The notes: a model not told the origin generated them from the sequence alone. A DNA stretch of 31,552 bases from Selaginella moellendorffii (GCF_000143415.4 NW_003314445.1:102891-134442); one strand, 5' to 3'. Positions 11,613 through 23,970 are shown, counted from the stretch's first letter. Program-made: numbers and translations.

Positions 11613-14199
11613 ATGAGTCTCAGTGAGTACTATTCAATGAGATTGGGCAACTAGTCTCGTTGCATACGCAGAGATGAAAAAGATGATCCGAGTGGGTACA
11701 CGTTTGGATGCAAAGACTTCGCAATCGTTCCTTGGGTATGGATTTGGTTACCTTTTTGTACCATAGTATGTGAGCTTGCTCTTGGGCTCATAGGATGGAT
11801 TTGAGTTGTTCCGGTAGCACGAGTTTAAGCTTGAGCTCGTGAGTGAGGCACATTAGCAACTCAAGGTTACACTTTGAGTTGGCAGGATTAATGTTAGCCT
11901 ATCGGTGGTTCCATGAGTTGTTCCATGTATCATGGGTGAAAGTGAGTTTGCTATGAGTGGCAAATAGGCTGGTCCGTAGCTGTTTAGCACGGCACTAGTG
12001 GATCCTTCCTAGGCATGATTATAATTGGATCAATTAAGACTATAGGGATTAGTCTATTGGTTCAAGTAGTCATGGTTGTGCTTTCTCATAAACTTTTCTT
12101 CGATTGAACTGAAGGCAGTGCGAAAGCAAACTTGAGGTTTGGTCAAAGATAAGACCGAAAAGAGAGTCATCGGGGACGAAGGATCAAATACGTAAATCAT
12201 TTTCTCTTCTTGGAGAGATGATCTGCAACGAGGTGTTAACTCATTGCTTGTGTTCACATTATGTAATCAAGAGTCCCTATCTTGATGCGTGTTGGAAATG
12301 ATAGTCTTACAAATAGTGAGTTGTGGGATGGATAGTGGTGAAATGCTAAACCATTTTGTCTAAGCTTGCTAATGAAAGACTTGGGTTGCAATGCTCAATT
12401 CTTTTCCAGGGAACCTTGCTATTGCTCCTTGAGTAGCTTGGTGTTGGATTAGTTTTGAGTTTGGTCAGAAAGAGAGTGGTATGAGCTTGTCTGTGTTGTG
12501 AACAAAAGTTAGTGGTGTTAAGTGTTGTAAATCTTTATTGATGGGATGTGGCATTTTTGTTACATTTTTTCGAATTGAGTTGGCACTTGATATTCATATA
12601 AACCTTTGCAGTAGTGACATAGGTATTGCTCATAGTGTTGCTTGATTGATGATCAAGTCATTGTGATTATATATCATATCCATGTGATAGTAAACAATGT
12701 GTTTACGAAGTTGCTTGGATAAACGATGATCAACCCCCAAAGTGGTTGATGAAGAAGCTAGTCTACTTGCACGTAGTAGCATTGTAGTAGCTTTGACTGG
12801 ATTCTCTATAGTGGTCTATTATGCTAAGCTTAAGTTGGTACCTTGTTTCCTTGAGTTTTCCTGTTAAGTGTTGGAAAGGGTTGTAGCATTCATTTGCTAT
12901 AGCTTGTCGGTTGATCCGTTAGCACTTGGAGTAGATTGCTGGATGGAGAAAATGTGTAGTTGGGGCATTGACATCACTAGCACTTGTGTTAGTGGAAGTG
13001 GCATTATTATTTCAAGTGATGAGGAATTTTCCTTGGACCTTGATTTTTCCATGTCATTTTTCTTGTTAGTGTTTTGGCTTCACATTAGATCTTGAAGGTG
13101 ATTGAAGAAGAGTGTTAGTGCAATATGGATATCCGAAGATGTGGTCTTTGTGATCAAGCCTTGGATGTTCATTTTGCATTTTGCGGATGTCGGAGTTGGA
13201 TATCGGAAATATGGGCAAAAAGATGTTCAATGCTTAAGCATATTGATGGATCATGAGAATTTATGTTGAGGTGAACCTATGTGAAGTTGTAGGTAGGAGG
13301 AAGTTAGTTGAGTCTTGAAAGTTTGCAATCCTGGACTGAGAGTCATTCTTTCTCTAGGATGGGAAATTTTCCACAAATTTTCTAAGACTTCTCCAATGGC
13401 TGATCTGTTAGTCACTTTACCGAAAACCATTCCGTTTTCGTAAGCCAATACAAACTAGTGAAGAGGTTGGAGTTGACTTCGATTGGCTTAGATCTTAGTA
13501 GGTAGTTTGTATAATGCGGCCCGAAAGGGATGTTGACTTTTGGGGCTAAAGCAATTGGGTTGGATAGAGTCTGGAGTTGATGTAGGAAAGTGGCCGTTGT
13601 GCTTTTCTAAGAAAGGTGACCTTTGTGCTTTTCTTTTGTAGCATTGTGCTTGGTGGCAGTTTGCATCTTGCATTTCGTTAGACTCTATGAGAGTAGTGAG
13701 CTCTCACTGATCTTGACTTAGTCTTGGTAGCACTGTGCCTTGGCTGAAGATGGTGATGTCCAACTTGGTTGTTTAGGGTTAAGATGTTGGTATCTGTACT
13801 ATAGCTTTGTCTATGAGGAGGTTGTGTACTGATATGAGTCCATCTCATGGTCTTCACTTTAGTTTCGACTGAATGTTAATCACATAGCTAGCCTCTTCAA
13901 GGCATGCTCAGAGCTATTGACTAAATGCATTAGTGAGCTTATTGCGGTTGAGTTGGATTCGAGTGGTCATTTAGTTTATGCTTGTCTATGAACTTTTATC
14001 TCGTCCCTGGGGTATTGTGTTCATGTTGGATAAGTATGTAACTTGATGACATGAGTTAGTGTTCGGGTCTTGTGAAGGCAAGTTGAAGGGTGATTGTTAG
14101 TTGCTTTGCAACTAGTGATTACTGGTAGACTTTGTCAAAAGACTGTTGATACTTTCTTCGCTCGATAATGATTTAGCAGTGATGAGCTTGCTTTACCGG

Positions 14200-16573
14200 A
14201 TGATGTTGCGGAGGATCGTGTTGTTAGACTTACATGGTTTTTCCATGTTGACATGTCGACACTACCTCTATTGATATTATTGGGTTACATCTAGTCTGTA
14301 GTGTTGGATTTCATTGAGTCTTGGATGTGGTGATTCACTCCTTGAGGAAGTGTTATCTGTAACTGAGTATTGCTGAAGGATTGGTCTCGGATACTAACTG
14401 AGTATCTTCGACTGTGGTTAGCTTGGTTGCTAGAGAGATTGAGTGGTGATTCACTCTTGTTTTCTACTAGTTTTGTCCTAGTGTTGATGGCATTGAAGTG
14501 ATGCTTTGTCATTGACATTATTGATATTGAGATCTGAGTGAAATGAGCTATCCTTCTAAGGATTGATATTGAGTTTCATTAGTCTTGATGAATATAATGT
14601 TGATGATTTGGCTATAGCTTTGTGTTGTTGGCATTCGTGCATTTACTAGTTAGCAACTGTGTTAACGTTCAAACGAACTGAGTGGCAAGTTGAGTTAGTT
14701 GTGTTCTAGACGAGATTATTTAGTAAAGGGTTGAGCTTTAGCTTTTCCTTAAAATGTGATTTAGTCGTGGACTATGCTAACTCTACGAGAGGAAGAGTTA
14801 GTGATCGATATTAGAATGTTGAGTCCTTGTTAGATTTGAGTTTAGGATATAGCGATCATTGATGATTCTTTTTGGGCTTGTTATGAAGTGAGTTATGTTT
14901 TGCTATAGATGGATTCATGGAGGATCATTTGATGATCACTTGTTGAGCATAGCTTTGTTATACTTAGATTTTGAATTGATGCAAATATGCTCTTCATTAG
15001 CTTTGGCATTATGAAGTTTAGCTTATGGATGTGTTGAGGAAGATATTGTGAGTTGCATCACGATTTCTTCTTTCACATTGAAGTTAGCTTTTATAAGACT
15101 TGTGATCATTATTAGGCAAAACTTGGGTATAGGCTTCTTCGAGCTTTGGTTCTTTGAGTTTTATGCTCATTGTTCCATTTGTTAGAAGTTGTTGGGGAAG
15201 GCATTTTGGCTCATTAGCTTCGATGTTGAAGTTAGCTTTTGCATCTAGCAATCATTGGTGATGATTGACTATCATCTAGGGTAGTTGATTGTCCTTATCA
15301 CAAGTTTTGCTTGATTATTGTTGATTTGGAATTATTTGCTATTCTTTGGGATGGTAGATTCTTTCTTCAACAATGATTATACATCACTACATTGATGGGA
15401 TGATTGACGATCTTTCATGATAGTTGGTTTTTCTCTTTGATGGCTTTTGGCTTTTTGCAATACCACATGTTCTTTGTGGTTTGCTCTGGATTGGTCTCTT
15501 GGGTTTGAGATGTCCGTAGGCTGTTGCTAACACTTGCTTAGGCAACTTGAGTTCTTTGGTATTGTTGGTTGGGATCTATTCAGATTGGCTAGTGCAATGG
15601 TTAATATGAACAAGTGTTTGTTTGCTTTGCAACATTCATTTTGTTCTGTTGATTATTGCTCGAGTTAGTTCTCATAAGATTCGGATGTTATGGCCTTCGG
15701 GTGATACATTTGCGAGCATTGTGCTTATTAGTTAATGATACTTAGTGTTCTTTGAGTTATCTTTCGTAAGTTGTTTAGCATACTGTCTACAATCTTCGGT
15801 AGTTAAGTTTCATCATTGAGTTTCCTTGGTGCTATACTTGCTATTGAATTTTGTTGGATGGTGAATCCTATGTTTTCCAACATTAGTGATCTTGGTGGTT
15901 CCTATAATCAACTACTGGTTTATCGGATGATAACTTACTTGGAATACTTTTGTGTTCTAATCTAAGCTTTATTCACTAATAATTAAATCTCTACGATATC
16001 ATTGTCTATGACTTTGATATAGTCTAATATTGATCTTTGACGTTTGGGCCAGTAATAGGCAGACTGGCTTCGGCACTTCGTGTGCATGTTGAAATCTTTA
16101 GTCATGGGGTAGCTACTGTCGACTGGTCACATAACCCACCTCTTTGTCGATGTTCCTTATTCCGTTGCAAGGGCGTGACCGTGTAAACAACTCTCACTGC
16201 CTGTTTACAGTAGTCTATCTAAACCTTACCGACGGGTTTGGTTTCTTTGCTTATGAGGGTTGGGGCCTCTGGCTTCTCTCTCTATGTTCCTGCGGGTAGG
16301 GGCATATCACACTTTTGTAAGCTAGGTGACTCCCAGAGCAGCAAGGGTGGCTGACTCCGTTGGTCATTTCCTTGTCAGCGACGGCCGGAAGGTGTCTGAG
16401 CTGGTAGCGCATCCGCGTTAGACAAAGAGGTTGCCCCTTTAACTCATTTAAGTTGGTGCATTTCTCACATAGTGTGAGTACCGTGAACTTTTTTTTTGGA
16501 GTTGTTTCCTTGGCGGTATTCTAGACTCGAGTATGCATCAACGAGGACGTCGATCTTCCCTAGGGGGGGAGAG
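14200..16573 (+). pseudogene. Extremely decayed gypsy pol remnant inside the inner element
   Basis: Faint collinear motif remnants: LDEYNVDDLAI (~14584, YxDD-like), RLFSKGLSFSFSLKCD (~14715, KC motif), LKLAF (~15226), RLASALRVHVEIFS (~16060, integrase-like), and a Tekay-like terminus CGAGGACG...TAGGGGGGGAGAG. No ORF survives. Confidence 0.45.
16562..16573 (+). other. Polypurine tract of the inner element
   Basis: AGGGGGGGAGAG immediately precedes the 3' LTR TG. Confidence 0.9.
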
Positions 16574-17710
16574 TGTCGCGAATGTGACTTTAGGTATCGA
16601 AAGTTACTTGTCGGCCAGTCCTTACGGACACTCTTACCTTACTGCCACGATGGCAGGAGGTCGGTATTGCTGGACCTGTTATTAGTCTCCACCTAAGCTA
16701 GTTGAGAAACTGGTCATCACATGTGCACTTAGACCGGAAGGACACTAAGGAAGGAAATCCTAAGTTGTCATTTAGTCAAGCAGACTTGACACGGTGATGA
16801 GAAACTCATGATGTTGGCTTGCACTTGCTAGTGTTGAGAACCCCCGCGATATTGAGTTTGTCCCTCAATATCGCTAGATGATAGTTTACCATGTCTGCCA
16901 AACACCCTCGCTATCATGTCTTTTGTGTTAGTCTCATTTCGGTCCCAAATACTATTTATGGAAAGTGTCTAGATTTGCTCATTTGGCATATCTACGGAAT
17001 GTAGAGATTGACCTGAACACAATGGTGTTTGTCCCGTGTCCAAATTCACAATCTAAGGACATTCCATATTTAGTAAGTTTCGAGTTTGTCCTTGAGACTA
17101 ACTCCTAATACTAAGGGAGGCTTGGGGTGAAAGCCCAAAGCGTGTGTTCCTCAAGGGGGGGGGGGGGGGGGGGGGGGGCTATGGGGGGTTCCAAATGTAT
17201 AGTAGGGATAGTGGGTAAGTTGGGCATGGCCGACCAACCTGAGGCATAGTCTAGCTCCCGCTTGCGTGCTTGTCCTTGTTCTACGTCTGGCTTGGGTCTA
17301 AGCCCAAGTTCCACACCATGCTAGCTGGTGGAGTACCCATGTCCTCGCGTTAGGCCACCGATATGCCGAAATAGCGCCAGACTCCGTTTGGCTCTGTTTT
17401 GCATGTTGGTCCTGGCATTGGGATGCTGGTTACTCTAGGACTGTTCCAAGTTGCTCTGGGCTCCTCCTTGGGCTTTATGCTCAGGAGTTGCTCCGTGGTT
17501 CGGTTCCATCACTCCTTGGCTTCGTGCTTGGGAGTTTGGCATTGTTCCTTCGTTCAGTGGCCCAAGGCCCTGAACCTCAAGTTCCTATGGACACGTGGCA
17601 TGGACACGTGGTATGTGACACGTGGCACAAAGAGGGTTTAGGTTCCACTTCGTGGTGTTATCCTATGGTAAATCACCATAGGATAAAGGGTAAAAACCAC
17701 GTGCGCTACA
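16574..17710 (+). repeat. Inner element 3' LTR
   Basis: TGTCGCGAATG...GCGCTACA, followed by the TSD TGTTG. Confidence 0.95.
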
Positions 17711-17715
17711 TGTTG

Positions 17716-19838
17716 TTAGTTTGAGTCAGAGATTGTTAAATACTTGTTGCTGTTCGAACATCCATGTCCATTTCAGTCCATCGTTGAGTGGTTTGGCAAT
17801 GTGAGCATACTTGTGGATGAATCGTCGGTGATATCCAACTTTGACGAGGAAGCGCCAAAGTTCTTTCTGATTCTTAGGCGGTTTGAGTTTCGAGATGACA
17901 TCAACTTTGTCCTTGTCGATGAGAATGCCGTCTTTGCAGACAATGTGGCCGAGAAGTACTCCAGATCTAACAAAGAAAGCGCATTTGTTGGGGTTGAGTG
18001 CTATGTTGTTCTCCTTGCACTTGTTGAGGCATTTCTCCAGGCCATTCAAAATGTCGATCTTCTAAGCTGAAAATGCTGAAGTCGTCCATGAAGACTCTCA
18101 TGAAGTCGGTGAGGTAGTCTCGAAAAGTGTTGGTGACAAGCCTTTGGAAGGTGAATGGGGCATTGTAGAGTCCAAAAGGCATTTGTCGGTAAGCATAGGC
18201 TCCCCATGGACTGATGAATGCTGTCTTGTGCTGATCTTCTTCGGCAATGTGAATTTGGTTGTAGCCGGAGAAACCATCGAGGAAGGAGTACATCTCGTGT
18301 CCGGCGACTGCGTCAAGAACTTCGTCGGTAAATGGTATCGGGAAGACATCTTTTTCGGTGGCGTCGTTGAGCTGTTTATAATTAACGCAGATTCGAAGTT
18401 TGCTGTTTTTCTTCGGCATAACTACCAGTGGTGAAAGCCATATCGGATTCTAAATCAGGTAGATGTACTCAATTTGGAGAAGCTTGTCAAGTTCTTTCTT
18501 TACTTGTTCCATCAGATTCGGATTCATCCAGTAGGCTGCTTGTCTTCTTGGTTTTGAGTCTGGAAGAAGGGTGATGGTGTGAAGGCTGAGTTTTGGCGAA
18601 ACTCCCTTAAGGTCTCGATAACTCCAAGCGAACAAGTGTTTCTTCTTTCGGAGAAGATTGATGCCTTTGTCTCGAAAACTTGCCGAGATGTCGGTGGCGA
18701 GTACAATGTAGTGTTCATTGCCGTCGTCGGCAAGGCTGACTTTTTCGAGTTTTTGGTCGGCTGGAATGGACGGAATGTAGGCAACTTTGTTGTGGTTGTC
18801 GACTGTGAATGCCAGTGGCGCTTCGAGTTTTGTATCTTGAGTGACTGGATTTTTCAGTGCTGATGTAATCGGGGGTCGTTCTCGTTGGAAGTCTGCGACA
18901 ATTCGAAACAGGTCGATCTCGGCCAAAGGTTCAAGATCGGGGTAGGCTTTGAGAATTTGTTGTTCTTCATAGTCGTCGAGGCCATCTTTGAGATTATATT
19001 CTTCCAAGTCAATAGGTCGGTTGTGGCTGGACAGCGATTTGGTCGCTTTTGTCGACACAGTGGTCGGTCCATCTGGTCCGCGAAGGATAAGATTGTCATT
19101 GGGCCAATCTTGATAAACTTGGGCAGTTCGGAGCCAAGGTCAACTGAGGAGAATCGAGTATTTGTTGGTCTGCTCCGGTAGTTTGAGGACGACATAGTTG
19201 ACTGGTATTTCGACGCCTTGAATGGTGGTTTTGACTTTTCGGATGATGCCTTTGGGTTGAACAGATCGGTGGTCAGCCATTTGGACATTGAAAGGTGCTG
19301 GGTGGACTGGGCCGATGTTGAGTTGTTGAACAAGACTTTCTTCAATAATATTAACATTGGAGCCGCCGTCAATTATGGCTCCTCGAACAAGGTGTTTGTC
19401 GAGTCGTAGGTCGATTGTCGGAACATCATTGTCACAATCGCCTGGTTGAATCTCGGTTCGAAATGTGTCAACAGCTGTCTGTGTCGAGTTGAGTGTGGGC
19501 AAGTCTGTCAAAGTGTTGGTCAGTGCAGATGTTAGATCGGTGAGTTGTTTGGTGAGGTAGGGTGCAATCTTCAGCAGTTGGCCGATGGTGATTTGAATAT
19601 TTTGGTTGAGGATACTCTCTGCTACTGCTTGGATTTTGTCGAAGTTTGCCAAATTGTGTTCTGGTGTCGGTGTCGATGTTGGACGATTTGTCTGTCGGTT
19701 TTCTGGTATTGAGTCTTGGCATTGTTGTCGAGCTGGTGATGGTTGAGCTTCATTGTCGGAGTCTAAATCACTAATTCGGGTGGTTGTAGAGTGAGTTGCC
19801 ATTGTATCTTGGCGGCTAACTTCTGCTTCTTTTTCCAT
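17716..19838 (-). pseudogene. Outer element pol, 5' part: aspartic protease and reverse transcriptase (stops, frameshift near 18050)
   Basis: Protease: AIIDGGSNVNII, ILLS*PW. RT: LFAWSYRDLKGV, KLRICVNYKQLN, SFLDGFSGYNQI, KTAFISPWG, MPFGL, FMDDF, KCAF, LGHIV. Confidence 0.95.
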
Positions 19839-22489
19839 TCCTGGAGTTTTGTCGGGATCTCAGGGCCTTTCTCTTTACTATCTCTGAAATCTCTGTCCAG
19901 TTGTTGTTGTTTTTCTGCTCAAATTTGTGCTCGGGTTTGTACTGCCATGACTTGAGGATCTGAGTCATCATTGTCGGCATAAGGTAGTTCGTCGGTCTCG
20001 ACCATCCTTGTTGTTGGTGGTTGCTGCTGGTTCTGATCTTGTTGTCGAGGAGGCGGTGGACCGCCTTGGTTTTGAAGTCGAGGTTGCCATGGTCGGTTGT
20101 TATAGTTACCTTGGTAGCTGTGGTCTTGATAACCTTGGCCTTGGTATCTTCGGTTTTGGTATCTTGGGTATTATTGGTATCCTTGGTTGTAGTTGTCTTG
20201 GTTTGCTGGGTAGTTCCAGTTTGGCAGGTGTTGTTGATCGTTGTAGTTGGTGTTGTAGTCATTGTTGTAATTGTTGTAGTTGTTGTAGCGAGGTTGATCA
20301 GTCCATTGTCGACTTTGGTGTTGGAAGTTGTTTCTCAGCAGTCTCCAGTTTTTCGGAGGTGGTGTTTGATAATTGTCAAAGTATTGATTTGGATATGGTT
20401 GTCGAAACTGCTGTCGGGGATAGTTCGAGACTTGTCAAACTTCTGGAGAATTTCAAAATCTACAAGTCTTGGCGTCATGACCTTCTTTGGCACAGATCTG
20501 GCATTTGGAGATTTGGAGCTTACAGTCACTTGCCGAATGTCCTTTGTTCTTGCATTTAGTACACCAAATTCCAGATCGGCACCACCAAATTCCAAATTTT
20601 TTTATGTCGGCCTTGGCTTTTCCCTTGAGCTTGTCGATTGTTTTCCTGAGTTTCTGAAGTTTTGACTTGGTGCTCTCTCCAAGTTCATCGTCGGAGTCGT
20701 CAGCAGAACTGCTATCAGAATCTGAGTTATCTGTGTCATCTACTTGTGCTGTCATTTGTCATGCATGAACATCTTGAAGGGCTCTTGCGAGTTTGAGGTA
20801 AGTGGCAACGTTGATGTGTGTTGCCGCTTCTCGGAGGGATCGTCGGAGTCCTTGCATGTACCATTGGTAAAGTAATGTTTCGGTGGCACTGTTGCCGCAT
20901 TTGCTAGCATGTCGAGTGAAGGTTTGAGTGTAGTCGTCGATGGATTGACCTGACTTCTGCTTGAGTTTTTGGATCTTGTGATGTCGTTGGCTTTGAGTGA
21001 GGGAAGACTTGAATCGGTCGACGAGCTTGAGTGTGAGGTCGTCGAAACTTGTATTTTGAGGAAGCATTTGAGCCCATTCGTTGGCTCTCTTTTGAAGGGT
21101 ACATCGGAAGTAGTATGGAAGTTCGGTCGTCTGGCCGTTGATTCGGATTGCTTCTCGGAACTGTTCAACATGTTTCTCGGCATCTTCTGACTTCAGACCA
21201 TGAAATAGTGGATAGGAGACATGTCTTCCGACAGGTATATTGGCGACGGCAGTAGTGACTGCCATTTGCTGTTGGTAGTAACATCGGTATTGTCGAGGTT
21301 GTTTTGTCAGGTTATCACCGTGGAGTCCTAAGGTTTTTTGTAGCAAGGGGTTGTTGGGGTCGATGGCAAAGTTGGTGTAAGAGGAAGGTGGTGAATTGTT
21401 GTTGTTGTTTAGTGGACTCTTCTTTGTTGTTCCTTCTGTGTTGGGACTGTTTTCGGGTGTGTCGTCAACATCATCGTCGGTGTCGGGTTGCTTGCCAGTG
21501 TTGATTTTCAGAAGATGGTGTTCGAACTTGTTGTCAACGTACTTGTCGGAGTTATGTTGTGTTGTTTTTGGTTGTTCTTCTAAATTGTCAAAGAGTTCTT
21601 CGATTGTATAGTTGTGTGGTGATTGTGGTTGTTGTGGAAGATTGTTGTCGTCGACAATTGGTTCGTCGATCTCGTTGTTGTTGGATGATTGTAGCTGTTC
21701 AGTAGGTCGGTGTGAGTTGTTGATGTCGAGTGCTTGACTATTGGACGATTTGGGTTGTTCGTCTTTACTGCTGTTGACTGGGTATATTGGAGTGCAACTG
21801 TAATTGGTGAAGTCGAGTTGTTGTCTCATCAGCGCGTTGAAGTCGAAAGCGTGTTCGAAAGGTCTTGCTGATAGCGGGCTTCGGTAGATGTTGGAAGCAA
21901 ATGTGGGATATATTGGTGTTGTGAAGATCGGTCGGTATGGCGAAAATGGTGCTGGTCTGGTGAAGTCTGTGAAGCTGGGCGGGAAACTTGGCCGTTTGTT
22001 GACACTGTAGATGGGGTTGGTGAATGTACCTTTGAAGTGGTTGTATGTTGCTTGAAAAATGTTTTGTTTCTTGGGCGTAGTCTGTGTCGACTGCTCGAAT
22101 GTTTGGTCGGGCTCGGGCACTTTGGTGGGTGTCGTCGAGGGTGTTGATTCAAGCGCAGGCACTTCAGTGGGTGCTGTCAAGGGTGTTGATTCAGGTTTGG
22201 GTAGTTTGGTGGGTGTCGTTGAGAGTGCTGCCGGTGGTGTGTCCGGTGGTGTTGTGTAGTCCTCGTATTCTTTGCGGATGTCCGATACTGGTTTGTCGGA
22301 GTTAGCTCGCGGTAATAATTCATGTCGGATGTAATTCTCTCTCTTGGAGGGTCTAACAACTTGATTCAACTTCTCTTGGTGTTTCTTTCTCTTTATTTCT
22401 AAATTCTTCAAATCTCTATCTAAACGTCGGATAAGCCATTGTTGGTCTTCTTCCGACTTGCTGGATGTTCTTCGTGGTTTTGGATACAT
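19839..22489 (-). pseudogene. Outer element gag (long N-terminal extension, capsid, two CCHC knuckles, N/Q/Y-rich linker)
   Basis: Capsid-like PLFHGLKSEDAEKHVEQF...ANEWAQML...LKQKSGQSIDDYTQTF...YMQGLRR. In-frame TGA at 20759-20761. Knuckles CTKCKNKGHSASDC and CQICAKEGHDAKTC. Confidence 0.9.
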
Positions 22490-22497
22490 GCATTCTT

Positions 22498-23196
22498 CTA
22501 CTGGTTGTTGGTGTCAGATTCGTGTCTGGAGTCAATCATGCAGTTCGGGCAGAACTTCAAGAAGACTGTTGGCTGGTCAATTGTCGATAAAGTCATTGTG
22601 AGCTTATTCTTTCTTTTCAATGCAAATATCGACGGTGGTACGTGTTGAGTTGCGTTGTGTTCAGCCGAGTTGTGTTGAGTCCAGTGTGCAGTATGCAAAT
22701 TGGTCTTCCACTTGCTGGTGCTGAGATGGAGTTCGATGAAGAGTTTCAGATATTCGGGTTTGTCTGGAATGATTTCTTCGATAATGTCGTCAAGTTGTTT
22801 GAGTCCGGATTGGGCGATGGCGTGATTGCAAGAATTGTTGCAGCAACGTGTTGATTTCGAACCAAGTTCGGACTGTTGTTTCGGTGCTGAGCTGCTGACT
22901 TTGTCGGAGGGGTTGTCGAAAAATCGGTGGTGCGTTGTGAAGTTGTCCCTTGACAAGTTGTCCGATACCGGGTAACAAAGTGATGGGTTCGTCGTTGGTA
23001 TAGGTTCTGAGGATGTGCTTTGATATTGGGACTGGGCGCAGGAACTGGAATCGTGTCGAAGCACTAGGATTGCCGGGTCGACGACTGCATGGAAGATGGG
23101 TTCGTTTCGGCAGTGGTGTCGGTTTGTGTCGAGCGTGCTGGTTGAGGTCTCGAGCTTGGAGTGGGTGGTCTTGTGCTCGGAGATGGAGTTCACCAA
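22498..23196 (-). CDS. Extra ORF upstream of gag (232 aa, unknown function)
   Basis: Stop-free ORF between the PBS and gag, in a different frame from the gag ATG 8 nt downstream. Its C-terminal half looks globular (LDDIIEEIIPDKPEYLKLFIELHL...FCPNC). Confidence 0.5.
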   Translation of the reverse strand: MVNSISEHKTTHSKLETSTSTLDTNRHHCRNEPIFHAVVDPAILVLRHDSSSCAQSQYQSTSSEPIPTTNPSLCYPVSDNLSRDNFTTHHRFFDNPSDKVSSSAPKQQSELGSKSTRCCNNSCNHAIAQSGLKQLDDIIEEIIPDKPEYLKLFIELHLSTSKWKTNLHTAHWTQHNSAEHNATQHVPPSIFALKRKNKLTMTLSTIDQPTVFLKFCPNCMIDSRHESDTNNQ

Positions 23197-23558
23197 TGAA
23201 GCTGCTAAGGGTGTCTGCTGATGAAGGTGCTGGTAGATTGGAGTTTCTTGTCAAAGAGGGTCGTTGGTGTTCTTCGTCAGTGATTGGACTTGGAGATCTT
23301 GAGAGAGAGCTTTCAGATTCTTCAAAGATCTCTTCTGGAAAGTGTCTGTCTTTACTGCGTTGGGCAGCAACCGCTTAGACGCTGTTGATCCATGTTGGCA
23401 GTTGCATTTTCTTGTTGAATTTGGGTGAATGTACGAATTAGGGCGTAATTTGGGTGAATTTGGGCAAGATGGGTAGATTTCTAGATCGTTCTTGTTATCT
23501 ACACATAGAGAATGGAGAAAGAATGGAAGAATTTGTGAACCTAAAAGGGAAATTCAAA

Positions 23559-23571
23559 GCCATGGTCGCCA
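23559..23571 (-). other. Primer-binding site of the outer element (tRNA-Arg-like)
   Basis: Minus strand reads ...CTTTTCA-TT-TGGCGACCATGGC, i.e. LTR-terminal CA, a 2-nt spacer, then TGGCGAC. The tRNA assignment is an inference. Confidence 0.7.
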
Positions 23572-23573
23572 AA

Positions 23574-23970
23574 TGAAAAGGTGTGAAAACTCCTCTTCAC
23601 TGGAAATCTATTGTTAGTAAGAAACCAAAGAGAAAANNNNNNNNNNNNNNNNNNNNNNNNNNNNNNNNNNNNNNNNNNNNNNNNNNNNNNNNNNNNNNNN
23701 NNNNNNNNNNNNNNNNNNNNNNNNNNNNNNNNNNNNNNNNNNNNNNNNNNNNNNNNNNNNNNNNNNNNNNNNNNNNNNNNNNNNNNNNNNNNNNNNNNNN
23801 NNNNNNNNNNNNNNNNNNNNNNNNNNNNNNNNNNNNNNNNNNNNNNNNNNNNNNNNNNNNNNNNNNNNNNNNNNNNNNNNNNNNNNNNNNNNNNNNNNNN
23901 NNNNNNNNNNNNNNNNNNNNNNNNNNNNNNNNNNNNNNNNNNNNNNTGAACCTTGTTTTTGGTTGAGACA
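23574..23970 (-). repeat. Outer element 5' LTR (~400 bp, mostly N gap)
   Basis: TG start at 23970 matches 6307; CA end at 23574 precedes the PBS. Length depends on the estimated gap size. Confidence 0.8.

Larger units (their letters stand above)
10448..17710 (+). mobile_element. Nested non-autonomous (LARD-like) LTR retrotransposon, probably chromovirus-derived, inserted antisense into the outer pol
   Basis: Two ~1.14-kb direct repeats; 5-bp TSD TGTTG at 10443-10447 and 17711-17715; PBS and PPT present. Removing the element restores the host frame NNL*LKLTTAPILAKP. Confidence 0.95.
6257..23970 (-). mobile_element. Outer Ty3/gypsy LTR retrotransposon (non-chromovirus, no archaeal-type RNase H seen), ~10.8 kb without the nested insertion; 3' LTR end lies in the gap 5819-6256
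   Basis: The same LTR start TGTCTCAACCAAAAACAAGGTTCA occurs on the minus strand at 23970 and 6307. PBS and PPT are present. Domain order is Gag-PR-RT-RH-INT. Confidence 0.93.

Noticed and set aside
12300-16150. Antisense or env/viral glycoprotein ORF inside the inner element
   Set aside because: Manual minus-strand translation of ~15000-16150 gave roughly random stop density and no motifs. Faint plus-strand pol traces explain the region better.
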